Assembly (NCBI GenBank): GCA_902635225.1
Contig: CACPNG010000003.1
Span: 1,688 to 65,687, forward strand
DNA from: an uncultured Pelagibacteraceae bacterium
Lineage (GTDB): Bacteria; Pseudomonadota; Alphaproteobacteria; Pelagibacterales; Pelagibacteraceae
Direction of reading: 5' to 3'
DNA length: 64,000 bases
The notes beneath the pieces were generated by a model. That model ran no database searches. It was not told the DNA's origin and saw only the letters and a program-made list of their open reading frames with translations. Position numbers and translations under genes: made by a program. Each line of letters opens with the position of its first letter. Position 1 is the first letter of the stretch. Positions 37,031 to 46,454 of the stretch are shown piece after piece.

Positions 37031-37605
37031 TTAAAAAAAAGAGTCTTTATATCTGTTTGAATTAAATCTAACGCTACAATTAAAATTGCAATAAGGCCTA
37101 CCCAACTAATCCATGAATATTTTTTAATTATTTTTGAAGTAAAATTAGCTGCAAAAGCCATTAGTATAATTGACAAACCCAAACCAAAAGCTAACAGAAA
37201 ATAATGATCTTTAGCTGCTCCTGCTACACCTAAAACATTATCTAAACTCATAGTTACATCAGCTAGAATTACTGTAAAAATCGCTTTTTTAAAATTAGAA
37301 TTATCGACTTGAATATTTTTTTCTTCAATCTTATTTTTAATTACGTCTCTGTAGAGTTTATAACAAATATAAAGAAGTAAAATTCCACCAATTAATCTTA
37401 AACCTGAAATTTGCAACAAATAAGCTGTAATAAAAGTAAAAAGAATTCTAAGTGCTACAGCTCCACCAATGCCCCAAAAAATAATTCTTTTCCTATTTGA
37501 GGCATCAAATTTTGAAGCAACCATTCCAATAATAATTGCGTTATCTCCTGCTAAGACTAAGTCAATAAGGATGATTTCTATTAATATAATTAGTTGCTCT
37601 GTCAT
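37027..37605 (-). CDS. TerC/YjbE family membrane protein
   Basis: IDLVLAGDNAI.I, ADV.MSLDNVLGVAGAA. Confidence 0.9.
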   Translation of the reverse strand: MTEQLIILIEIILIDLVLAGDNAIIIGMVASKFDASNRKRIIFWGIGGAVALRILFTFITAYLLQISGLRLIGGILLLYICYKLYRDVIKNKIEEKNIQVDNSNFKKAIFTVILADVTMSLDNVLGVAGAAKDHYFLLAFGLGLSIILMAFAANFTSKIIKKYSWISWVGLIAILIVALDLIQTDIKTLFFK

Positions 37606-37630
37606 TGTGAACTTTATATTCTATTAATGA

Positions 37631-38389
37631 ATGAACTATAAAAATATTAAAGTAGAAAAGCGAGAAAATTACGCAATTATTGAAATTGCTAACAATAAAA
37701 ATAATAGTTTGGATCAAAAAACCCTTAATGAAATTGGAGATGCAACCAAAAATTTGAACAAATTAAAAGAAATTAAATGCATCGGTTTAGTTGGGGGGCC
37801 AAAGTTTTTTTCACCTGGCGCTGATATAAGAGAACTTGAAAAATTAGACTCTAAAAAAGCAAAAAAACAAAAACTTTTTTCTAAAGTTGATGATTTACAA
37901 AAAATTAATATTCCTATTATTTCATTTGTCGAGGGATATGCTTTGGGTGGAGGCTTTGAATTGGCCCTTTCAAGTGATTTAATAATTTCGAGCTCTGAAG
38001 CAAAATTTGGTTTGCCTGAAATCAATCTAGGATTAATTCCAGGTATTGGCGGTACACAAAAAACAAAAAAATTTACTTCAAATCAAAATATTAAATATTT
38101 AGCAATGTCAGGAGAAATTATTGATGCTGAAACTGCAATGAAATATGGGATTGTTTCGCAAATTATTCCTAAAGAAAATTTTAAAGAATTTACTTTAAAC
38201 TTTTTAAATAAAATTTCATCAAAGCCAAAAAAGTCACTTAAAATTATTAAAAATTTAGTTAACTCAGAAGAAAATTTAAAAAAATCACTTAAAAAAGAGA
38301 GACAAGAATTTTACAAATTACTTGATAGTGAAAATAAAAAAATTGGAATAAAAAGTTTTCTTAATAAAACAAAGCCTAATTGGAAATAA
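37631..38389 (+). CDS. Enoyl-CoA hydratase/isomerase family protein
   Basis: FS.GADI.E, GYALGGGFELA, FGLPEI.LG.IPG.GGTQ. Confidence 0.9.
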   Translation: MNYKNIKVEKRENYAIIEIANNKNNSLDQKTLNEIGDATKNLNKLKEIKCIGLVGGPKFFSPGADIRELEKLDSKKAKKQKLFSKVDDLQKINIPIISFVEGYALGGGFELALSSDLIISSSEAKFGLPEINLGLIPGIGGTQKTKKFTSNQNIKYLAMSGEIIDAETAMKYGIVSQIIPKENFKEFTLNFLNKISSKPKKSLKIIKNLVNSEENLKKSLKKERQEFYKLLDSENKKIGIKSFLNKTKPNWK

Positions 38390-38475
38390 ATCATCTTCAA
38401 GTTGTAGACAATTTGCATACCTGTAATTAAATTTTAACATAGTTAAACTATTCTAAATTTAATTAAAATTTACTT

Positions 38476-38859
38476 ATGAAATTTAAATTTATTTTAATTG
38501 CAACTCTGTTATTTATGGGCTCAGCGATAGCCGCGGGACATATAACAAAAGCTCAAAAAGAAAAAACAATAGAGTGTTTAGGACACTACAGCGCTACAGC
38601 AGTTTTGCCTGCAGAAACTATTGAAGTTAAAAATATGGAATTAGCTTTAGCTTCGGTAAAAGTAATAAGGCAGTATCTTGCATCTGAAGGCGTAAAAGAT
38701 GATGAAATGAATAAAGGTATGAATATTTATGTAGATAAAGTTTACGGTAAGCCTTTTAATAAATCTAAAAATACTGAGTGTAATAAATTTATATATAAGC
38801 AAATTAAAGGTTCAGAGGAAAAAATTGAGAAATTATCCAGAACAATTTATGCAGGATAG
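38476..38859 (+). CDS. Exported hypothetical protein
   Basis: Signal peptide (AIA-AGH); two Cys. Confidence 0.7.
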   Translation: MKFKFILIATLLFMGSAIAAGHITKAQKEKTIECLGHYSATAVLPAETIEVKNMELALASVKVIRQYLASEGVKDDEMNKGMNIYVDKVYGKPFNKSKNTECNKFIYKQIKGSEEKIEKLSRTIYAG

Positions 38860-38861
38860 AC

Positions 38862-39149
38862 ATGAGTGGATACGTGATAGCTAATATAGACGTTAAAAAT
38901 CCTGAAGCTTATAAGGAATACGTTGGTAAGGTGTTACCGACTGTTCAAAAATTCGGAGGTGAATACTTAGTACGTGCCGGCGAGTACAAAGTTATAGATG
39001 GTGAGTGGAAATACCCTAGAACAGTAGTAATTAAATTTCCAACTTATGAAAAAGCTTTAGAGTGGTATGACTCTGAGGAATATAAACCGGTAAAACCAAT
39101 TCGATTAGCAAATTCAGTTGCTAATGGAATAATAATTAAAGGAATTTAA
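38862..39149 (+). CDS. DUF1330 family protein (dimeric alpha/beta barrel)
   Basis: GYVIA..DV.NPE.Y.EY, FGG.YLVR.G, VVI.FP..E.A..WY.S.EY. Confidence 0.9.
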   Translation: MSGYVIANIDVKNPEAYKEYVGKVLPTVQKFGGEYLVRAGEYKVIDGEWKYPRTVVIKFPTYEKALEWYDSEEYKPVKPIRLANSVANGIIIKGI

Positions 39150-39164
39150 ATAAAAGGAAAAAAA

Positions 39165-39455
39165 ATGGAAAAAGAAATGTTAGTACATCTTAAATTCAAA
39201 GAGGGCAAATTAGAAACTTTTACTAGCTGGATGCAATCAGATGAAGGTATGGGCGTTAGAAAGAGTGTTGCTTACCCAGAAAAAACCGTCGGGGCTATGA
39301 TTCCTGATAAAAGCGGAATGTTATTTAAAGTTAATGTTCATAACGAAGCTGGGATGAAAGAGTTTGTAACTGGGAACAATCCTACAGCTAAAGCGATTTA
39401 TGCAGAATGTGTAGATAGTGCTCAGTTATATGAGCTATCAAAAATAAATCTATAA
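39165..39455 (+). CDS. Small hypothetical protein, probable ferredoxin-like/Dabb fold
   Basis: 96 aa; beta-K.GK.E.F-helix start resembling ABM domains; AAGGA SD. Confidence 0.65.
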   Translation: MEKEMLVHLKFKEGKLETFTSWMQSDEGMGVRKSVAYPEKTVGAMIPDKSGMLFKVNVHNEAGMKEFVTGNNPTAKAIYAECVDSAQLYELSKINL

Positions 39456-39465
39456 AGGAGGAAAA

Positions 39466-39753
39466 ATGAAAAACTATATGGTAACGCATACTTTTAAGTC
39501 TGCCGAAATGAAGAAAAAATTTACTGAAACAGTGGCTTCTATGAAGATGGAAGATATTGTTAAGAGCATGAAAAGTGACAATGCAGCTTGTCAAATGACT
39601 TGGAATACACCGGGAGACACAATGGAAATGTACTGTTGGTGGAAAGGAAAAGATGAGCAAGCAATTATTAATCAATTAGGTCAAATGAACGATTTTTTCA
39701 TTCCTCATAAATTTGTGGAGTGCACAGATCAAGTCATGGACTATAACGCATAG
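39466..39753 (+). CDS. Small hypothetical protein, DUF4242/SCO4226-like
   Basis: YMV.HTF start; YCWW...DEQAI; AGGAGG SD. Confidence 0.6.
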   Translation: MKNYMVTHTFKSAEMKKKFTETVASMKMEDIVKSMKSDNAACQMTWNTPGDTMEMYCWWKGKDEQAIINQLGQMNDFFIPHKFVECTDQVMDYNA

Positions 39754-39760
39754 GATATTT

Positions 39761-40177
39761 ATGATAGACAAATTTGGAAACGCATTTTATTTAATAATTT
39801 ACTTAGCACATTTTATTATAGTTGGTAGCTACGCTTACCAGTTAGTCTTTGATACTAAAAAATTTCTTAAGGGTAGAGGGGTAGATAAAACTGCAACTTT
39901 AATTACAAGATTTGCAGGTTCATTTATGATTGCCACTGTTCTAATGGCAATATATATCGCTTTTATAAGATCAGGCGGTGTAGAAGCTACTTGGGCCTTC
40001 TTTAACTTAGTCTTCATAATGAATGTTTCAATATTGGTTGTAAATTTTTACACATTAAAAATTGATAAAACAGGTTTAACTAAAAAAACTAGAAACGATG
40101 GAATATATGCTCCACTCGTTCTTGTTATTATCAGTGCTATTCTTTGTTACGGTTTAGCTGATAAAATTTACGTTTAA
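39761..40177 (+). CDS. Four-TM hypothetical membrane protein
   Basis: ATG 39761 after AGGA; four hydrophobic segments. Confidence 0.7.
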   Translation: MIDKFGNAFYLIIYLAHFIIVGSYAYQLVFDTKKFLKGRGVDKTATLITRFAGSFMIATVLMAIYIAFIRSGGVEATWAFFNLVFIMNVSILVVNFYTLKIDKTGLTKKTRNDGIYAPLVLVIISAILCYGLADKIYV

Positions 40178-40185
40178 GGAGATAC

Positions 40186-40479
40186 ATGGCAAAGTTTATG
40201 AATATTGTTAGATGTAAAGTGAAATCATCTAGCAGAGAAGAATATTTGAAAAAAATAGATGAAATGCCAAAGTTCGATGGGCAGATTTCAGCGAAATACG
40301 TTGAAACGAAACCTAATGAATTTTTTATGATAGGTGAATGGAATTCTGAAGATGATATTGCTACAGCAAGACCAAAAATGATTGCATTTTTGGATACGCT
40401 TCGGCACACTTTAGAAGAACTGTCATCAGATTTAGGAGTAACAGATCCTCACTCTGGAACAGTTGTAATCGAGAAATAG
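40186..40479 (+). CDS. ABM-like (antibiotic biosynthesis monooxygenase fold) small protein
   Basis: N.VR.KVK....EEY, IGEW.SED.I..ARP.MI..LD..R..LEE.S..LGVTDP.SG; AAGGAG SD. Confidence 0.7.
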   Translation: MAKFMNIVRCKVKSSSREEYLKKIDEMPKFDGQISAKYVETKPNEFFMIGEWNSEDDIATARPKMIAFLDTLRHTLEELSSDLGVTDPHSGTVVIEK

Positions 40480-40492
40480 GAAAGGGGTAACA

Positions 40493-40816
40493 ATGGCAAA
40501 ATTTTATACACTTGGATGTTACACAGCTAAAGGTCTTGGAGGATTTGTAAGCAATCCGTCCACAGACAGAAAAGCTGCTACATCTGCACTTGCTGCTTCT
40601 GTAGGAGCTAAAGTAACTCAATACTCAGGCCTAAGAGGAAAATATGATTTTATGGCAGTAATTGAGGGAACTTTTGAACAAGCTGCTGCAGCTGCAATGG
40701 TTGCTGTCTCTAGTGGTGCTGTTTCAGATTTTACAATTTTAGAAGATGTAGATCTAAATGAAATAGCTAAAACTGCTCAGAAAATGGCTTCATCATACAA
40801 AGAGCCAGGAAAATAA
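40493..40816 (+). CDS. GYD domain protein
   Basis: YT..G..G, DR.AA...L...VG, GKYDF. Confidence 0.8.
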   Translation: MAKFYTLGCYTAKGLGGFVSNPSTDRKAATSALAASVGAKVTQYSGLRGKYDFMAVIEGTFEQAAAAAMVAVSSGAVSDFTILEDVDLNEIAKTAQKMASSYKEPGK

Positions 40817-41524
40817 TTATTTTCTGTAGCTAATACATTTTAAGGTATCAGTGAATTTTATTTGATTTTTATATTTAGATTCTATTTCACTGATACCAAA
40901 TTTAATATCTTTATTACTCATATTTAATAAGCATGAAATGTATCTCTCTCTGATCATTCTCACGTATTGTTGTTTAGAGATATTTACTTTAAAATTAAAG
41001 TTTGTATAGCTTATTTTTTTTAAGTTTTTTTTGATTATCTTAAATAAAAATTCGTCTCTTTTTAAACTTTTTTCTAAATTTTTTCTCATTTTTTTAAAAC
41101 AAGGTATTTTATTATTTTTTGTTTTTAGAGAAAAAATAAATATTTTACCTCTAGTGTTTAAACTTTTTTTTGCAAGATTTAGAAGACGATTTAAATTTGT
41201 TTTTGAAAAAAAATGAATAGTTTGTTTAATTAAGATTAGATCATATTTCTCTTTTTTATCTAAATATTTAAGGGCATCTACTCTCTTAAATATAATATTC
41301 TTTTTTAAATCCTTATTAGAAATAATATCAATTCCTATAGGTTTATTTTTAAATTTATATTTCTTTTGAAGAGTAGAAATAATATTTGCTCTTCCACATC
41401 CAATGTCCAATATTTTTAAATTTTTATTAAAATTAATTTTTGTTTTTAGAAATTTATTAAATTGAGTGATGTACGCTCTGGATGATAACCAGGTTTTATT
41501 ATCCCAGTTTTTAAGTTTTTTCAT
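40817..41524 (-). CDS. Class I SAM-dependent methyltransferase
   Basis: ILDIGCGRA, GIDI, YDLILIKQTIHF. Confidence 0.85.
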   Translation of the reverse strand: MKKLKNWDNKTWLSSRAYITQFNKFLKTKINFNKNLKILDIGCGRANIISTLQKKYKFKNKPIGIDIISNKDLKKNIIFKRVDALKYLDKKEKYDLILIKQTIHFFSKTNLNRLLNLAKKSLNTRGKIFIFSLKTKNNKIPCFKKMRKNLEKSLKRDEFLFKIIKKNLKKISYTNFNFKVNISKQQYVRMIRERYISCLLNMSNKDIKFGISEIESKYKNQIKFTDTLKCISYRK

Positions 41525-41550
41525 TTATTCCATATAATGAGATTAATAAA

Positions 41551-42438
41551 TCAATCGATCCAATCATTGTATTTTTTATTATTTATAGAGATATAAGATG
41601 GCAAGTCTTTAAGAGACATTTTTTCCAATTTAATATTAGCTTGGTGTTTTTTTGAATTAGATTTATCGATATTATGATCATAAAAAACTACTTTATTTTT
41701 CATATTATTCTTTAGTTCATTAAGCGTCATGCCACTTTCTTCATATTCTAAATGATGTGCAAAACTTCTCATTTTAAAATCTAAATCTGTTGGATTTTTA
41801 ATATTTGTAAAATGCCAACCGCCATTTTCTACAAAACCTATATTTGTATATTTCTTATCAGAAAATAAAGTATCTATTCTCCACCAAGGATATTTTTTTG
41901 ACTTAACACTTCTAAGCCACTCTGCGGAAAGAAGATGTTTCTTTTTACAAACTTTTGTGCCCATCCAAACAAAATTTGGATAAACCAAGTTTAATTTATA
42001 ATATAACATCTTTTGTTTAAAAACTGTAATTTTGCTTTTGTATTTAAAATTTTCAAAATTAGGGATTTCATCAACATCTCCAAAAAATATTAAATCATTT
42101 TCCTCTGACTCTTTTAAACCCTCTTGAATGCCATTCCGTTGTTTTTTCTCTATTTTAAGCGCATTATTAATTATTTTCGAATTTTCAGAGTCCTGTCCTC
42201 TTTTTTTTTCATTAACTTCTTGTAAATCTTCGGGTAATTTTTCAATTAAAACATACTTTATTTTATCTTTAAATTTTGAAAAATTCTCAATATTAAAGTT
42301 TTGGCCCTTTTTTTTTCCATTATGCATGTAAAGATTTTCTACGATTACAAAGTAATCAACGTACTTGTTTAGAATATTCATTCTTAAATCAAGCATCATA
42401 TTTTCATCGAAAAACTGAAAACAATCAAAAATCTTCAT
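41551..42438 (-). CDS. Glycosyltransferase family 17-like protein
   Basis: MKIFDCF.FFDE..LDLR...L...VDYFVIVE, QRN.I, GDVDEIP, GGWHF. Confidence 0.8.
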   Translation of the reverse strand: MKIFDCFQFFDENMMLDLRMNILNKYVDYFVIVENLYMHNGKKKGQNFNIENFSKFKDKIKYVLIEKLPEDLQEVNEKKRGQDSENSKIINNALKIEKKQRNGIQEGLKESEENDLIFFGDVDEIPNFENFKYKSKITVFKQKMLYYKLNLVYPNFVWMGTKVCKKKHLLSAEWLRSVKSKKYPWWRIDTLFSDKKYTNIGFVENGGWHFTNIKNPTDLDFKMRSFAHHLEYEESGMTLNELKNNMKNKVVFYDHNIDKSNSKKHQANIKLEKMSLKDLPSYISINNKKYNDWID

Positions 42439-42506
42439 TTATATTTATAATTATTTTTTGAAATAATTTGTTTAAGTTTTAATATTTATACTATAGGATT
42501 AAATTT

Positions 42507-43844
42507 ATGAAAGCGTCAAATGGAACAAATATACCTAATTCTTTAAACGAACATTGGATGCCATTTTCATCCAATAAAGATTTTAAAAAAAATCCAAGAA
42601 TAATCGTTGGGGCTGAAGGTATTTATCTTAAGAACCATGAGGGTAAAACTCTTATAGATGCTAGCTCTGGACTATATTGCAATCCTTTAGGTCATGGTCG
42701 TAAAGAGATTATTAATGCCATAAGAAATCAACTAGAAAAACTTGATTATACAATGCCATTTCAACAAGGATACGGTGGCTCGTTCGAATTAGCAACGATG
42801 ATAGCTCAAAAAACACCAGAAGATTTAAATAGAATTTTCTATACTATATGTGGATCGACCGCTGTGGAAACAGCAATTAAAATTGCAGTCGCTTACTTTA
42901 GATCAATCGGCCAAACTAATAGATTTAAGTTCGTCGGAAGAGAAAGAGGTTATCACGGCATGAACATTGGAGCACTTACTGTTGGAGGTATACCAAATAA
43001 TTCAAAAGAATTTAAAAATATTCTAATGCCTGGTGTTGAGCATATGAGGCATACTTTTTTACCAGAGCATAAGTTTGTGAAAGGTCAACCTGAAACAGGT
43101 TCTGAATTAGCAGATGATTTAGAGGTAATTGCAAAAAGATTAGGTGGAGAAAATATAGCAGCATGTATTGTTGAACCCATTGCAGGTTCTACTGGTACTT
43201 TAATTCCTCCTAAAGACTATTTACAAAAGTTAAGAAAAATTTGTGATAAACACGGTATACTATTAATCTTTGATGAAGTTGTAACAGGCTGGGGAAGAAC
43301 AGGATCAGCGTTCGCAGCTCAAGAATTTGGAGTAACACCTGACATGATTACTATGGCTAAAGCTACAACTAATGGAATCGTTCCAATGGGAGTAGTAGCA
43401 GTTAGAGAAAAAATTTATCAATCAGTTATGGATGCTTCACCAGAAGGAGCTGTCGAATTATTTCACGGTTATACTTATTCTGGAATTCCTGTAGCTGTAT
43501 CAGCTGCTATTGCAGTACAAAAAATATTTGAGAAAGAAGATATTTTTAATAGAGTAAAAAATTTATCAAAATATTTTGAGGAAGGCTTGCATTCTTTAAA
43601 AGACTTAAGCTGCATAGACAGTATAAGAAATTATGGATTATTAGGTGGCCTGGACATTTCTATGCGAGACAAACCCGGAAAAGCAGGTTTTAATGTTTAT
43701 AAAAAATGCTACGATGCCGGAGTAAATATTAAACCAACTGGAGATGCGTTAATAATTGCACCTCCATTTATTTGCGAAAAAAAAGATATAGATGAAATAA
43801 TAGATAAAATGCGCAAAGGAATATCTGATCATTTAAAATCTTAA
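42507..43844 (+). CDS. Class III aminotransferase (omega-amino acid:pyruvate type)
   Basis: HWMPF, GSTAVETA.K, RGYHG, VEPIAGSTG, LIFDEV.TG.GRTG, D.ITMAK, HGYTYSG. Confidence 0.9.
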   Translation: MKASNGTNIPNSLNEHWMPFSSNKDFKKNPRIIVGAEGIYLKNHEGKTLIDASSGLYCNPLGHGRKEIINAIRNQLEKLDYTMPFQQGYGGSFELATMIAQKTPEDLNRIFYTICGSTAVETAIKIAVAYFRSIGQTNRFKFVGRERGYHGMNIGALTVGGIPNNSKEFKNILMPGVEHMRHTFLPEHKFVKGQPETGSELADDLEVIAKRLGGENIAACIVEPIAGSTGTLIPPKDYLQKLRKICDKHGILLIFDEVVTGWGRTGSAFAAQEFGVTPDMITMAKATTNGIVPMGVVAVREKIYQSVMDASPEGAVELFHGYTYSGIPVAVSAAIAVQKIFEKEDIFNRVKNLSKYFEEGLHSLKDLSCIDSIRNYGLLGGLDISMRDKPGKAGFNVYKKCYDAGVNIKPTGDALIIAPPFICEKKDIDEIIDKMRKGISDHLKS

Positions 43845-43952
43845 CTAAATATAAGAATACATTTTTAGTCATTTTGGGCCGAATCAGAACGCTTAGACCA
43901 ATATGATCTAACTAATTATTTAAAAATTGATTAATTATGCTTTAATTAATCA

Positions 43953-44135
43953 ATGAGTTCGCAATATAAATTTGAAAATCAAGCTGAAGAAATTAGGCAT
44001 CAAAGTAAAGTTAAACTAACTGATCTTTTGTCTAGAATTAACGAAGAAAAAAAAATTGAAAGAAATAGAAATTTAGCCCTTAGCGTAGCAGCGGTTTCAG
44101 CAGTGACAGTTTTTGGAATAATTTTAACGCTTTAA
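43953..44135 (+). CDS. Small protein with C-terminal TM anchor
   Basis: 60 aa; L..R...EKK.E and hydrophobic C-terminus. Confidence 0.6.
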   Translation: MSSQYKFENQAEEIRHQSKVKLTDLLSRINEEKKIERNRNLALSVAAVSAVTVFGIILTL

Positions 44136-44217
44136 AATCATAGACCTTCAAATATTTACCTAATTAATTAGTTTTATTTCAATTTAATAATTACAAAAGC
44201 ATTGATATAAGAAATCA

Positions 44218-45435
44218 ATGAGGATCAATAAATGCAGAGGGTGTAAAAAAAGCACTCTTAAGAAACTTTTTTCACTTGGAGATATGTGTTTCACAGGTAA
44301 GTTTCCTCACAAAGGTCAAACTATTAAAAAAAAACCGATCACCGTAGTAATTTGCTTAAATTGCAATCTTGTCCAACTCAATCACACTTTTGATTTAAAA
44401 TATCTTTACGGTCCTGACTATGGCTACAGAACAGGGATTAACAAAACTATGTTAAATCATGTAAAAGGCGTTTCCAAGAAATTATCCAAAATAACAAATT
44501 TAAAAAAAAATGACTCTGTTTTGGATATTGCAAGTAATGACGGTTCTTTATTAAATTTTTATAACAAAAGCACCTTTACAGTTGGAATAGATCCTATTTT
44601 AAATAAATACATTAATGAATATAAAAATATAAATATCAAAATTTCTGATTTTTTTTCAGCTAATAAAATCCAAAAAAAAACTAAAAAAAAATTTAAAATT
44701 ATTACAGCATTATCAGTTTTCTATGATTCTACTGACCCAAATAAATTTCTCAAAGATGCAAAAAAACTCCTTACTGAAGATGGAATTTTTTTATTAGAGT
44801 TTGCTGATTTAGCGTCAATAATTAAAAATAAGATGTTTGACACTATCTGCCACGAACATTTGGAATATTATAGTAGTGAAGTAATAATAAACCTATGTAA
44901 AAAAAATGGCTTAAGAGTCTTCAATATTAAAAGCAATGACATTAATGGAGCGAGTAAACAATATTTTGTTTGTCATGAAAACTCACATTACAAAAATAAT
45001 AAATTAGCGCTTAACAAGGTTTTAAATTTTGAAAAAAATTTAAAATTAACCAACGAGAAAACTTTTAGAAACTTTATTAAATCAATTAATCAGTCCAGAA
45101 AAAAGCTTTATTCTCTTTTAAAAAGATATAAAAAGGCAGGAAAAAAAATTCATTGCTATGGAGCTTCAACAAAAGGAAATGTGCTACTACAGTATTTTAA
45201 TATAGATAATAAACTGATTGATTTTATAGCTGAAAGAAACAAAAATAAATTCAATTTATATACACCAGGCACAAATATTAAAATTATATCTGAAACCTTA
45301 TCTCGTTTTTATAAACCCGATTATTATCTTGTATTACCTTGGCATTTCAAAAAAGAGATTTTGTTAAGAGAAAAATCAATAATAAGAAAAGGGACTAAAT
45401 TTATTTTCCCTTTACCAAAATTAGAAATATTTTAA
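44218..45435 (+). CDS. NDP-hexose C-methyltransferase (Zn-binding, class I SAM)
   Basis: CRGC...CLNC.LVQL, YGYRTG, LDIASNDG, FDTICHEHLEYY, YGASTKGN, LPWHF. Confidence 0.85.
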   Translation: MRINKCRGCKKSTLKKLFSLGDMCFTGKFPHKGQTIKKKPITVVICLNCNLVQLNHTFDLKYLYGPDYGYRTGINKTMLNHVKGVSKKLSKITNLKKNDSVLDIASNDGSLLNFYNKSTFTVGIDPILNKYINEYKNINIKISDFFSANKIQKKTKKKFKIITALSVFYDSTDPNKFLKDAKKLLTEDGIFLLEFADLASIIKNKMFDTICHEHLEYYSSEVIINLCKKNGLRVFNIKSNDINGASKQYFVCHENSHYKNNKLALNKVLNFEKNLKLTNEKTFRNFIKSINQSRKKLYSLLKRYKKAGKKIHCYGASTKGNVLLQYFNIDNKLIDFIAERNKNKFNLYTPGTNIKIISETLSRFYKPDYYLVLPWHFKKEILLREKSIIRKGTKFIFPLPKLEIF

Positions 45436-45448
45436 TTAATTAACAGCT

Positions 45449-46432
45449 TTAGTATCCTTCTTTTTCAACAAACTCTAAATCTGTTTTTACCATATCTTCA
45501 ACAAGTTTTTTGAAATCGTACTTTGGTCTCCATTTAAGTTCTCTTTTTGCTTTTTTGCAATTACCTAAAAGACTTTCAACTTCTGATGGTCGGTATAAGT
45601 TTTTTTCTATTTTTACGTATTTCTTGTAGTCTAAATCCACTAATTCAAAAGCTAGCTTGGCAAAATCTCTTACTGTGTAATGTTTTCCAGTACTAATTAC
45701 GTAATCATCTGGTTTTTTTTTGTTTAACATTAACCACATTGCTTCAACATAATCTTTTGCGTGACCCCAATCTCGCTTTGCGTCCATATTTCCAAGTCTA
45801 AGATCTTTTTGAAGGCCAAACTTAATTCTAGCTACTGCATGAGTAATTTTACGAGTAACAAATTCAAAACCTCTTCTAGGAGACTCATGATTAAAAAGAA
45901 TACCACTACAACAATATAAATTGTATGCCTCTCGATAATTTCTTGTTAAATCAAATCCAGCAACTTTTGAAATTCCATACACAGATCTAGGGTAAAAAGG
46001 TGTTTTTTCAGTTTGAGGTATTTCCCTTACTTTTCCAAACATCTCAGATGATCCAGCAAAATAAAATTTTGTTTTAGGTGAAAATTCTTTAATTGCTGAA
46101 AGCAAAAAATGTGTTCCATTAATATTAGTATTAATTGTTGAAAATTCATCTTTAAACGCATAATCAATATAACTTTGGGCCCCCAAATGATAAATCTCAT
46201 GAGGTTTTATTTTAGTTATAATATTTATAATACTCGCATAACTTTCTAAAGAACCAGCATGAATTTTTAATTTATTTATAAAACTTTTTAATCTCCAAAA
46301 TCGGTGAGATTTATCTTCTGCAGCCACTCTCCTTACAAGACCATGTACTGAGTAACCTTTTTTTAGCAAAAATTCTGCTAGATAAGATCCATCTTGACCT
46401 GTAATTCCTGTTATAAGTGCTATTTTTTTCAT
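45449..46432 (-). CDS. gmd: GDP-mannose 4,6-dehydratase
   Basis: ALITGITGQDGSYLAE, SSEMFG, PFYPRS.Y, GILFNHESPRRG.EFVTRKI, RDWGHA.DYV. Confidence 0.95.
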   Translation of the reverse strand: MKKIALITGITGQDGSYLAEFLLKKGYSVHGLVRRVAAEDKSHRFWRLKSFINKLKIHAGSLESYASIINIITKIKPHEIYHLGAQSYIDYAFKDEFSTINTNINGTHFLLSAIKEFSPKTKFYFAGSSEMFGKVREIPQTEKTPFYPRSVYGISKVAGFDLTRNYREAYNLYCCSGILFNHESPRRGFEFVTRKITHAVARIKFGLQKDLRLGNMDAKRDWGHAKDYVEAMWLMLNKKKPDDYVISTGKHYTVRDFAKLAFELVDLDYKKYVKIEKNLYRPSEVESLLGNCKKAKRELKWRPKYDFKKLVEDMVKTDLEFVEKEGY

Positions 46433-46454
46433 TATTTTACTTTAAAAATTATAA

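Noticed and set aside
43931-43945. CtrA box TTAA-N7-TTAA
   Set aside because: The pattern is expected by chance in such AT-rich DNA, and as I recall Pelagibacter lacks CtrA.
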